DNA from: Candidatus Scalinduaceae bacterium
GTDB taxonomy: Bacteria > Planctomycetota > Brocadiia > Brocadiales > Scalinduaceae
Direction: 5' to 3'
Assembly: GCA_046759445.1 (NCBI GenBank)
Contig: JBHICG010000001.1
Location: 1-64,000, forward strand
DNA length: 64,000 nt
Shown here one piece after another: positions 27,740 through 37,482 of this stretch; within the stretch, counting starts at the first letter, position 1; each line of letters starts with the position of its first letter. Made by a program: the position numbers and the translations under genes. The notes beneath the pieces were generated by a model. That model was not told where the DNA came from and ran no database searches. It worked only from the letters and a program-made list of their open reading frames with translations.

Positions 27740-28394
27740 GTCTGTTCCTCCTTTCTCTCTTGCTTGCTCTATTATTGATATAGTTTTTCAGAATTAAATA
27801 ACGCAGTTTGCACTGTTGTCTAATAAACAGTAAATATTATTTAATACCATCCCTTCCCTAATTTATAATAGAGTTGAATTGTTCTCACCATGCATTTATT
27901 AGGACTCTCTTTTTATTATTTTTTTGTTTGCAAAACTTCTACTTCTTCAAATCCAAGCACTGCATAATATCCAAATGATGGAGCCGTAGCAGTTAACTTT
28001 AACGGATCAAAATCTTTCGTTGATGTTTTAGGGGAACAAAAGCTTTTACTACTTTAATCTGTAGCATATAAATCCTTGTACGTTTAAAGGTCCTTTACTT
28101 TTCATAGTCTGATCGCCAATGTTTTACCCTTATTGCGAGTGATTAAATTGTTATGAAGCATAATAGGGCAAATATGATGCCGAAATTTTTATGAAAACTG
28201 CAATTTTTTAACTGCTCACTAGTTAAACACTTATGAAATCTAACCAAATTCCAATATTACATTTTGTTATGAACCTATAACATTTTTTGTTATTTTGTTA
28301 TAATGAATTAATAAAGCTCTATTTCCTCAGATTAATGCAAGTTTTAAAATCCTTGTGTTTAATCCTCAATAATCAAACAAGTCATTTATCAATT

Positions 28395-28706
28395 ATGATA
28401 ACCAACCCCGACTGGCTCAAACCTAAAGAAAAACCCTACTTTCATCAAATCTCACTGGTCTGTATAGAGAAGTTAGTTGAATGTATGGAAAGTTTTGAAA
28501 TAGGAGAGCTTGACGATGATACTTGCTCTGAAATAGAAAAGCAGATTCTTACTGATGAGATCGACGATCCAGAGTTTCTTGAATTTGCTATAGAGAACTT
28601 TACTGAATTACTTTCTTATATCGAATCTGGAAGAGTAAATATCCGGATACACAGGGATGTAACAGGTGAGATGTGGTTTGGGGTGGATTATGTTGGAGAT
28701 TCGTAA
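28395..28706 (+). CDS. Acidic hypothetical protein
   Basis: MITNPDWLKPKEKPYFHQ...; the upstream ORF extension from 28287 looks non-coding. Confidence 0.65.
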   Translation: MITNPDWLKPKEKPYFHQISLVCIEKLVECMESFEIGELDDDTCSEIEKQILTDEIDDPEFLEFAIENFTELLSYIESGRVNIRIHRDVTGEMWFGVDYVGDS

Positions 28707-29261
28707 TCCTATGCTTATACATAAATGCGATATCTGTAAAAAAGAAATCAAAGACAAAGAGGTTCTAGTTGGGTATGGACGCTTTATACAACAATTTTCC
28801 TTTTGCTCCGTTGTGGAAAACCAATTGTTGATTTCCTCCAAAAACATTGGCAAGTAGGAGATAGAAAAAATAGGAACAAAAAAAGAAAATAAAACAAACA
28901 CTATCGAAGTGACAAACGCTCCATCACTCTTGAGGTCACAAATTGTGATATCCAATAAAAAATACAGCAATATTTACTGCATCTAAAAGAGGCACAGAGT
29001 TTATCTTGGAGTTCTTGCAATATTGTGGTTTGCGGCTTTCGGTTTTTCTATACCGACACCTTCGAGACAAGAGGCTCAATTCAAAAAAGTTTTATCCACA
29101 ATGCTTATTGACAACTTCAGCTTAATTCTGTACTTTAATATTACATTTTGGATAAAACTCCATATCGTTAGACCAATAATAATATTAATTTAAATAAGCT
29201 ATAATAGTAAGCTGTAAGTAAAAACACAATTCTGATTACAAGTTATTCTTTGACATGAACT

Positions 29262-29726
29262 ATGGATACGGTTACGAACAATAACATAAAATTCCTTAGG
29301 CTTGCTCTGAAAGAAGCTCGAAAGGGGTACGAAGAAGGAGGCGTCCCGGTAGGAGCCGTAATTGTTGAAAACAGTAAGGTAATAGCATCAGGTTATAACA
29401 AGCGAGTGCAAAAAGGTGATCCAATCGCCCATGGCGAAATAGATTGCGTTAGAAATGCGGGACGTAGGTCGAGATACGACAAAGTCACATTATACACCAC
29501 CCTTGCTCCATGCATGATGTGTTCAGGAACGATTGTTCAGTTAGGGATAAAGAAAGTCGTAATAGGAGAAAATGAGAACTTTTCTGGAAATATAAAGTTT
29601 CTTGAAGATCACGGTATTGAAGTGCAATTAGTAAATGATACTGAATGCAAAAACCTAATGAGTAAATTCATTAAAGAACACCCAGATTTGTGGGACGAGG
29701 ACATTGCAGGGAACAAAAATGTTTAA
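29262..29726 (+). CDS. Zn-dependent nucleoside/cytosine deaminase
   Basis: HGE and PCMMC motifs; C-terminal W-x-EDI of FCY1-type cytosine deaminases. Confidence 0.9.
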   Translation: MDTVTNNNIKFLRLALKEARKGYEEGGVPVGAVIVENSKVIASGYNKRVQKGDPIAHGEIDCVRNAGRRSRYDKVTLYTTLAPCMMCSGTIVQLGIKKVVIGENENFSGNIKFLEDHGIEVQLVNDTECKNLMSKFIKEHPDLWDEDIAGNKNV

Positions 29727-30183
29727 CATTTACAGCCAACTCCCAGCTGGTCGTAAAGATGTGGAAAAGCATATTGAAGCACTCTCAAAGATGACACGTG
29801 ACAAGGACCATAGAGCATTGTTTGATCATCTATATGACTGTCTTTCAATACTAGATGGTAAGTCTGCTTCCTTGTTATCGTTCAATTCAATAATTATTGC
29901 AGTCTTCGCAATTTTTATGACAACTACGCTTAGCAATTTTGAGTTTATAATTGCAAATATAGGCATAATACTGGTATTAGTATCATCTATATTGCTATTG
30001 GTTGTTGTATGGATACATTGGTCGACAACGAAGGATTTTGATGATCTAAAGCTACATGCGATCACTCTCCTATACGTTAGACGCACGAGGACAATAAAAT
30101 ACAGGTTTTCTTGGTACTTTTCTATATGTTCCATAGGTTCACTCGTGTTGTTTATTATTGTAAGGTTTGTTGCACGTATTTAA
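29719..30183 (+). CDS. 3-TM membrane protein
   Basis: ATG overlaps the deaminase stop; LDGKSASLLSFNSIIIA followed by TM helices. Confidence 0.75.
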   Translation: MFNIYSQLPAGRKDVEKHIEALSKMTRDKDHRALFDHLYDCLSILDGKSASLLSFNSIIIAVFAIFMTTTLSNFEFIIANIGIILVLVSSILLLVVVWIHWSTTKDFDDLKLHAITLLYVRRTRTIKYRFSWYFSICSIGSLVLFIIVRFVARI

Positions 30184-30589
30184 ATGTGTAGATGCAGAAA
30201 AGGCCATTTTTGTTATAAAGAATTGTGTAGGATTTACTTGGAAAAAGAAAGATGATACGGATGTTGTGGAGAGTAAAAATAACACTTCCGTAACCACTAA
30301 AGAAGAAAATGGAATGATTAATTTAATTGATTTAATTGTCTGTGGGCTTTCGAGGCCCTCGAGGTAGATAGACTATATTAATGAAAAAAGGATAATGGTT
30401 GCGGAATGAGAAGTCAACAAAAAAATTGGCTGTATAAAAATTATACAATTTTCTCAAAACAAAACCACTCTCCAACTGTCGCCTTCCACATAAAAAGACG
30501 ACATTCTGCCATTTCCATTTCTCATAACCCGTTATTTCTTCATCTGTGGAAAAAGGATATTGCGTTATTATGTCGCAATCCTTATAGTA

Positions 30590-30676
30590 ATGCGACATGA
30601 CCATCTTTCAACAATGCAAATCTACCTTAATCTTTCACCAAAGGATGTTGTGCGGGAGTTTAATGAGAAGCGGTAG
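30590..30676 (+). pseudogene. C-terminal remnant of a tyrosine recombinase
   Basis: RHDHLSTMQIYLNLSPKDVVREF resembles box II (GH-x-x-x-x-T-x-IY). Confidence 0.55.
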
Positions 30677-30760
30677 TGTTATGAGTTAGAAAATTGTCAC
30701 TTTTCTAAAGTCTAATGCGAAATTCGAATAATTGTTCAATCCAAGAAGGAGAAATAGACA

Positions 30761-31075
30761 ATGGCAAGCATGAGCAAACACGAGCGAGCACTGTCTTACG
30801 CGAAGCGCCTAAAAGCGGCTGAGGACGTCTATGCCGAAGCTAGAGCTATCCGTCGGGAGGTGAACTCCCTTGTCTGGTCGGAAAGTAACAAGCCACTCCC
30901 TCTTGACGAGAAGATCGCCATTCTGGAAGAGGCGAAACACATTATACTTAAAGGCAAACGTGATCAAGCCGGTCGCATAATCATTGAGGCCGGTGACAAT
31001 AGTGGAATTATTGACGTCATCACTAATATTGAACAGAATTTGAAGATCGAACGGGATTTGGAGGCGGAGACATAG
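30761..31075 (+). CDS. Hypothetical protein, cassette-borne
   Basis: SD aaggag; visibly more GC-rich than its flanks. Confidence 0.8.
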   Translation: MASMSKHERALSYAKRLKAAEDVYAEARAIRREVNSLVWSESNKPLPLDEKIAILEEAKHIILKGKRDQAGRIIIEAGDNSGIIDVITNIEQNLKIERDLEAET

Positions 31076-31077
31076 TC

Positions 31078-31575
31078 ATGGAGTTCTACGTCATATTAAT
31101 CTCAGGCTTCAGCTTGGTCGTCTCCACTATCGCTCTTATTTTCTCCATTATCTCAAATGCAAAGTCGAACCGACTGAAACACGAGAATGTTCGCCTCGCA
31201 AATGCAATGGTCGAAACGGACATTCGGGCTACGATTGGGAATGAGACGGCACGCGTTAACGAGGTTGCCATGAAGCTCAACACCCTGATAGCCAAGCAAA
31301 AGACAGAGGAGATAAAAGACCATGAACGGCATGAGTTGAAAAGCCTCAAGAAGAACTTGACGGCTGCGATCCAAGGAATGCTAAATGCATACGAGGAGGC
31401 GTGCTCCAAGTACCTGGACGGGAAGATCGACAAGGAAAGGTTCAGGAGAACATACCACGTGGAAATCAGGAACCTTCTTGAGGCGCAGGACTTGAAGCTT
31501 TTCTTCGCCCCCCACACCTCCAGCTATAGAGCTATCATCAAAGTGTATAATGAATGGGAAAACCTAGAGAAGTAG
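31078..31575 (+). CDS. N-terminal TM plus coiled-coil hypothetical protein
   Basis: Starts 2 nt after the previous stop; LNAYEEACSKYLDGKIDKERF. Confidence 0.8.
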   Translation: MEFYVILISGFSLVVSTIALIFSIISNAKSNRLKHENVRLANAMVETDIRATIGNETARVNEVAMKLNTLIAKQKTEEIKDHERHELKSLKKNLTAAIQGMLNAYEEACSKYLDGKIDKERFRRTYHVEIRNLLEAQDLKLFFAPHTSSYRAIIKVYNEWENLEK

Positions 31576-31578
31576 ATG

Positions 31579-31648
31579 TCCGAACACCTCGCTGAACCCG
31601 ACCGGATAGCGCTGGTGGCTTCCCCAGCGAGTGAGCTATGCGCTAGGA
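31579..31648 (+). other. Degenerate attC-like site
   Basis: R'' TCCGAAC right after the stop; ctcgctg/cagcgag stem; R' GCTAGGA. Confidence 0.5.
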
Positions 31649-31825
31649 GAATAAAAATGTAGCTGTAAACTCCGCATTGTTCAAAATAACTCTATTGCTT
31701 TCTCTTTAACAAGTTAAAATCGAAAGTCTTGGTCTCAAAATTCCTTGCATTTTGATTTGAAGATTTATATTTCTTGATTACAATTCACAAAGATATCAAA
31801 GACACTTCTGCGGAGGCTTTGATAA

Positions 31826-33343
31826 ATGGAAAAGGTAAAACCGGTTGGTATCTGGATTCGTGTATCTACCGAAGACCAGGCCAGGGGTGAAAGCCCAGAA
31901 CATCATGAGAAACGTGCCCGTTTCTATGCTGAATCTAAAGAATGGAAGGTGAAAGAAGTTTATCACCTTGAGGCGGTCAGCGGCAAATCGGTCATTGGCC
32001 TGCCTGAAACCCAACGGATGCTTAAGCATGTTAGAAATGGTCATATCACAGGTCTCATCTTTTCCAAGCTTGCCCGCTTAGCCCGCAATACAAGAGAGCT
32101 TCTCGAATTTGCTGATATCTTTCAAGAATATAATGCAGATCTAATCTCTCTTCAGGAATCAATTGACACATCAACCCCGGCGGGACGGCTCTTTTACACC
32201 ATGATTGCAGCTATGGCCCAGTGGGAAAGAGAGGAGATTTCTGAACGTGTGGCTGCCTCTGTTCCTATCAGGGCCAAACTCGGTAAACCCATTGGTGGTC
32301 AGGCCTCATATGGCTACCAGTGGAAAGACAGAAAATTAATCCCTCATCAAGATGAGGCCCCCATAAGAAAATTGCTCTATGAACTCTTCTTAGAGCACAA
32401 GAGGAAAAAGACCGTAGCTCGAATCCTCAATGAGAGAGGATACAGGACACGAAATGGATCAAAGTTTACAGATACAACTGTTAAGAGACTCCTGCAAGAC
32501 ACCACAGCCAAGGGAATGCACAAAGCCAATTACACTAAGAGCCTTGGTGATAACAAAAAATGGATAGTGAAGCAACAGGAAGATTGGGTTTTTACTAAGG
32601 TAGAACCGATTGTCTCTGAGGAGTTGTGGAATCAGTGCAACTCTATCTTAGATGAGCAAGAGAAAAATAATAAGCGACCGTCTCGCAATGTCGTTCATCT
32701 CTTCACAGGTTTTGCCTTCTGCGCTTGCGGTCAGAAGATGTATGTTCCTTCCAATTCTCCGAAGTATATCTGCCGGAAGTGTCGAAACAAGATAGGCACA
32801 GAAGACCTAGAAGAAGTATTCCACAAACAGCTCAAGACCTTCTTTTTCTCACCTAACGAGATTTCTAATTACTTAAATAAATCTGATAATGTAATAAAAG
32901 AAAAAGAAGAACTTCTTAAGTCACAAGAACAGGAAAAACACAAAATACAGATAGAAATGGATAAAGTATACAAGCTATATATAGATGACCAGATCACACC
33001 AGAAGGCTTTGGCCACAAATACAAACCTTTAGAAGAAAGACTAAAGCAGACAGAAGATCAGATACCAGAGCTCCAGGCTGAGATTGATTTCCTTAAGATT
33101 CAGTACCTTTCAAGTGATCAGATCCTGAACGAGGCCAAAGACCTATACAGCCGTTGGCCAGAACTTGAATATGAAGAAAAACGAAAAATCGTTGAAAGCA
33201 TTACTGATAAAGTTATTGTCGGAAAAGAAGATATAGCAATTAACCTCTGCTACCTACCTTCCTCTTCTGAAATCATGGCAGGTGGGCAACGCAACTTCAC
33301 GGATTCATTGCACACACCAACATTATCTCTGCTGGAAAAGTAA
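31826..33343 (+). CDS. Large serine recombinase (comM-targeting)
   Basis: [19 protein letters not shown], Zn ribbon CACG...CRKC; the 3' end reads through the junction into antisense comM. Confidence 0.95.
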   Translation: MEKVKPVGIWIRVSTEDQARGESPEHHEKRARFYAESKEWKVKEVYHLEAVSGKSVIGLPETQRMLKHVRNGHITGLIFSKLARLARNTRELLEFADIFQEYNADLISLQESIDTSTPAGRLFYTMIAAMAQWEREEISERVAASVPIRAKLGKPIGGQASYGYQWKDRKLIPHQDEAPIRKLLYELFLEHKRKKTVARILNERGYRTRNGSKFTDTTVKRLLQDTTAKGMHKANYTKSLGDNKKWIVKQQEDWVFTKVEPIVSEELWNQCNSILDEQEKNNKRPSRNVVHLFTGFAFCACGQKMYVPSNSPKYICRKCRNKIGTEDLEEVFHKQLKTFFFSPNEISNYLNKSDNVIKEKEELLKSQEQEKHKIQIEMDKVYKLYIDDQITPEGFGHKYKPLEERLKQTEDQIPELQAEIDFLKIQYLSSDQILNEAKDLYSRWPELEYEEKRKIVESITDKVIVGKEDIAINLCYLPSSSEIMAGGQRNFTDSLHTPTLSLLEK

Positions 33344-34361
33344 CTGAACTCGTTGCCCTTGAAATAGTAATCTTGTCCGTCTCTAATGGTTGTCGCAATA
33401 CCTCCAGTGTTTTTCTGTTAAATTCCGGCAATTCATCTAGAAAGAGAACTCCATGATGGCTTAGGCTAATTTCCCCTGGGTGTGGATTACTGCCACCCCC
33501 CACTAATCCTGCAGTGCTAATAGTATGATGAGGACAGCGGAAAGGCCTTAAGGCTACCAATGATTGGTCTGAATCCAAAAGCCCTACTGTGCTATATATC
33601 ATAGTCGTTTCAAGAGCCTCCTCAAGGGTTAATTCAGACATTATTGTAGGGAGCCTTTGTGTCAGCATCGTCTTCCCCGAACCCGGTGGTCCAATCATAA
33701 GCACATTATGATTACCAGCAGCAGCAACCGTAAGCGCACGTTTAACATGCTCTTGACCTTTAACATCCAAAAAGTCCATCTCATAATGGGACAACCTATT
33801 AAAAACATCCTCAAGGTCTACGGAAAATGGAGAAATAGATAATTCATTTGTTAGAAAGCTTACCGTATCAGATAATGTCTTTACGGGAATAACATCTATA
33901 CCATCTACAATAGCTGCTTCGGCTGCATTATCGGCAGGAAGAATTAATCCTTTCAATCCTGCCTCTTTACATTTCAGCGCCATTGATAAGCAACCCCTTA
34001 CCTTTCTTACCCTTCCATCCAATGCAAGTTCGCCTATTATGCCATATTCCTGTACCTTGTCTGTTTTTATCTGGTTTGTAGCTACAAGAAGACCAGTTGC
34101 AATTGGCAATTCAAATGACGGACCTTCCTTTTTTCTATCCGCAGGAGCCAGGTTAATGGTGACATTCTTTAAAGGAAATTTGTAACCGCAATTTTTCAGC
34201 GCTGCCTTTACCCTATCTCTACATTCCTTAACTGCTGCGTCAGGTAATCCAATAACTATCGTTGAAGGTAATTGACCTTTTGCAACATACACCTCTATCT
34301 CCAGCATATAGGCTTCAATTCCGTAGACGGCAATGCTTTTTACCTTTCCAAGTCCGGCCAT
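33297..34361 (-). pseudogene. comM: ComM/YifB Mg-chelatase-like ATPase, 5' fragment interrupted by the island
   Basis: ChlI-type N-terminus, [24 protein letters not shown]; stops at CAMNP where CPCG normally follows. Confidence 0.93.
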
Positions 34362-34455
34362 TGGTTTTTATTCAAGAAATATGTATGTTTATATATTGAT
34401 GTGTAACAGAAGCATGAAAACTGAAGATTGTTATAGCAAAATTAATCTGAAAAAA

Positions 34456-35940
34456 TTACTTTCTCCATGTTATAGGCAAGAAGATAAGGATAACGGCGTA
34501 TATTTCAAGCCTACCTAATAACATACAGAATATTAGGACCCATTTGCAGGGATAAGCAATCTCACTATAATTTTTTGTTGCACCTACGTCAGCAAGGGCA
34601 GGACCGATATTGTTCATCATGGATGCTACAGCGCTAAATGAGGTAACTACCTCTGTACCAAAAACGGTCAGGACAAGAGAAAAGATACCAAATAAACCAA
34701 GATATATTACAAAAAAACCCAGTGTGTTGGTGAGTATATCTTCACTAACCGGTTTACCGCTAAGCTTAACATGCATTACGGCCCTTGGCCTGAGTAGGTG
34801 AACTAATTCCCTTACACTAGATTTGAGAAGTAATAATATCCTCGCTACCTTCATGCCTCCTGCAGTTGAACCTGCACATCCCCCAATAAACATAAGAAAG
34901 ACAAGAAAGAAACGACAAAAATTTGGCCAACTATCAAAATCTGCAGTACAATAACCAGTACTAGTTGTTAAGGAAACCGCCTGGAATGCAGCATATCTTA
35001 ACGCACCACCTATGCTTTCATATTTATGTTCTTTTACGCCTCCATTATAAAAAGATGATTCAAAGAAAAATAAAGCAAGTGTCACAAAACAAATTGCACA
35101 TAATAACAAACCGACAAAAAAACGTAATTCTGAATTGCCTAATATTCTTCTGAACCTTCCCGTTACAAATTGGTAATGAATCACATAGTTGCAAGCCGAT
35201 ATAAAAATAAAGACCATAATAACAATCTCGATAAATAAACTATCGAATGCTGCAATGCTCTGATTTTTTGTAGAAAACCCACCAGTTGCAATTGTCGTAA
35301 AGGCATGACAAACAGCATCAAATGGTTCCATACCTCCAAGCCAAAAAAAAGGAATTACGATGGCAGTAAGGGATAGATATATCATCCACAGTATTTTTGC
35401 TGTTTGGGCTATACGAGGTTTTATCCTGTCTGTTGTAGGGCCAGGCGCCTCAGCACTAAATAACTTATGACCTCCTACACCAATAGTAGGAAGAACTGCG
35501 ACAAAAAACACAACGATACCCATTCCGCCAAGCCATTGAGTCATGCTTCTCCAAAAAAGGATGCTATGTGGCAAAGCTTCAATGTCATTGAAAATACTGG
35601 CGCCTGTGGTAGTGAGACCACTCATAGACTCAAAATAGGAATCACAGAAGGTATTACACACACCTGACAACCAATAAGGCAAGGCGCCAAAAAATGCACA
35701 TGACACCCACCAGAATACGACAATCGCAAAACCTTCCCTGACCGTAACATCTTCATTCCTATATTTAATAGAATATTTTAATGCTAAACCAACTGTACCT
35801 GATGCAATGATTGCAACGAGAAATGCCCATATCTCTTCCTTTGTGCCATAAAAAAGAGACACACCAAATGGTATGAACATTATACAGGAAAGAAGTATTA
35901 CGAGGTTTCCTAAGGTATGCAGCACCAAGGGTATGTTCAT
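34456..35940 (-). CDS. trkH: Trk potassium uptake membrane protein
   Basis: FESMSGLTTTGA, TGGFS, GGCAGSTAGGMK and LGRLE. Confidence 0.96.
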   Translation of the reverse strand: MNIPLVLHTLGNLVILLSCIMFIPFGVSLFYGTKEEIWAFLVAIIASGTVGLALKYSIKYRNEDVTVREGFAIVVFWWVSCAFFGALPYWLSGVCNTFCDSYFESMSGLTTTGASIFNDIEALPHSILFWRSMTQWLGGMGIVVFFVAVLPTIGVGGHKLFSAEAPGPTTDRIKPRIAQTAKILWMIYLSLTAIVIPFFWLGGMEPFDAVCHAFTTIATGGFSTKNQSIAAFDSLFIEIVIMVFIFISACNYVIHYQFVTGRFRRILGNSELRFFVGLLLCAICFVTLALFFFESSFYNGGVKEHKYESIGGALRYAAFQAVSLTTSTGYCTADFDSWPNFCRFFLVFLMFIGGCAGSTAGGMKVARILLLLKSSVRELVHLLRPRAVMHVKLSGKPVSEDILTNTLGFFVIYLGLFGIFSLVLTVFGTEVVTSFSAVASMMNNIGPALADVGATKNYSEIAYPCKWVLIFCMLLGRLEIYAVILIFLPITWRK

Positions 35941-35960
35941 ATTGAAACTAACTAATTTTC

Positions 35961-36024
35961 AATCCCCCTTAGTCCCCCCGCTTCTTGCTTTCGCAAGAAA
36001 GCAGCGGGGGGAAATAGGGGGATT
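35961..36024. repeat. GC-rich REP-like palindrome
   Basis: Long hairpin aatcccccttagtccccccg...cggggggaaatagggggatt between trkA and trkH. Confidence 0.7.
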
Positions 36025-36064
36025 TGTTTTTAGTCACAAAATAAAATTTATAGAATAGGAGATT

Positions 36065-37417
36065 TTATCTTTTCTTACTGAAAAGAGCCTGAACCCTTTC
36101 AATAGCATCCGGCAAGGTAAAAACAATAACACTTTCCCCGGGATTAATAGCATTAATGCCTTTGGGGAGAAGCATATTACCATTTCTTACAATAGCGCCA
36201 AGGATAGAGCTTTTGGGAAACCGGACTTTATTTAGACGCTTTTTTACGATTTCAGAGCCTTCTTCAGCAACCAGTTCAATTGCTTCTGCTTCGCTATCAC
36301 CCAATTTAGCTATTGATAATATCTGACCTCTCCTTACGTGCTGGAGTATAGCGCTTGCCGTAACCAGTCTTGAGTTTACGGCTACATCTATATTAACCTG
36401 ATTGATTATGGGTACAAGTCCGGGTTCTTTTGTTAGAACTATAGTCTTTTTCGCGCCATGCTTTTTTGCTAATAAGGATGTAAGTAAATTAGTCTGTTCA
36501 TCTTCGGAAAGTGCAATAAAGAAGTCTGCATCTTCAATAGCAGCTTCTTTAAGTATGTCTATGTCTGTAGCACCACCATGTAAGACTATGGTATCCTCTA
36601 ATTCAGCAGCAGCCATTTCTGCCCTATCCTTCTTTGGTTCAATCATTGTCACATTAATCGAACTGTTTTCAAGCTGTTTAGCAAGCTGTAAACCTATTCG
36701 ACTTGTTCGATATATAATTACCCTTTCTACCTCATCTGCTCTTCTATTAACCATTGGCAAGAAATACGGTAGTCCCATTTTTGATACAAGTACAAATATA
36801 TCATCATCTGGTAACACTTCGGTATTATCTGTGGGTATTATCATTTCATCCTTACGTTGAATATATACTATTAAGAATGAATCTGTATATTCAATACCCT
36901 CCAGTTCTGAGAATTTTTTACCAGCAATTGGGGCATCCTTGGGGACATGAAAACCTCTTAAAAGAATATCCCCTACTGGAAAATCAACTGCGAAAGTTGC
37001 CCCTGGTGTCTCTATAATCTTAACAATCGAATCCACAATGATCTGCTCAGGATTTATCATGTGGTCAACACAAAATCCGTTCTGCTTAAATATTGAGTCT
37101 TTGCTTGTAAACTCACTGTTTCGAATCCTCGCAATCTTAATCTTATGACCATATTGATTAGCAAGGATACAAACAATAATATTTACCTCATCACTGTTTG
37201 TTACGGCCAGTACCATTTCCGCCCCTTTTACTCCGGCAGATTCTAATATACTTGGAGAACTGCCATTTCCGGCAATTACAAACACATCTAATTTTTCTGT
37301 AATCATCTGAACCAGTTCGGGATTTTCCTCAACAACAGATATGTCATGGCCTTCCTTCGATAGCTGTTTTGCAATGTTAAACCCTACAGCACCAGCTCCA
37401 ATTATAAGAACTTTCAT
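36065..37417 (-). CDS. trkA: Trk potassium uptake NAD-binding subunit
   Basis: GAGAVG Rossmann motif, tandem RCK domains, adjacent to trkH. Confidence 0.96.
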   Translation of the reverse strand: MKVLIIGAGAVGFNIAKQLSKEGHDISVVEENPELVQMITEKLDVFVIAGNGSSPSILESAGVKGAEMVLAVTNSDEVNIIVCILANQYGHKIKIARIRNSEFTSKDSIFKQNGFCVDHMINPEQIIVDSIVKIIETPGATFAVDFPVGDILLRGFHVPKDAPIAGKKFSELEGIEYTDSFLIVYIQRKDEMIIPTDNTEVLPDDDIFVLVSKMGLPYFLPMVNRRADEVERVIIYRTSRIGLQLAKQLENSSINVTMIEPKKDRAEMAAAELEDTIVLHGGATDIDILKEAAIEDADFFIALSEDEQTNLLTSLLAKKHGAKKTIVLTKEPGLVPIINQVNIDVAVNSRLVTASAILQHVRRGQILSIAKLGDSEAEAIELVAEEGSEIVKKRLNKVRFPKSSILGAIVRNGNMLLPKGINAINPGESVIVFTLPDAIERVQALFSKKR

Positions 37418-37482
37418 TTATAAATTCCTTTATTAAAAAATTTCTCATTTAAAACTCTTACACCCAATTGAACAAAAAATTA

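Larger units (their letters stand above)
874..33298. mobile_element. Composite genomic island with right junction in comM; left boundary not resolved, probably outside the window
   Basis: Two large serine recombinases, Rep/RuvC, DUF932-like, coupling ATPase, PD-(D/E)XK nuclease, TA genes and attC cassettes; comM is truncated at the junction. May be several nested or adjacent elements. Confidence 0.7.

Noticed and set aside
27915..28105. Possible second precursor or gene upstream of the RiPP precursor
   Set aside because: Frames are interrupted by stops and have no Cys motif; at most a pseudogene fragment.
29008..29090. IS-end-like sequence ggagttcttgcaatat
   Set aside because: No partner inverted repeat or transposase was seen nearby.
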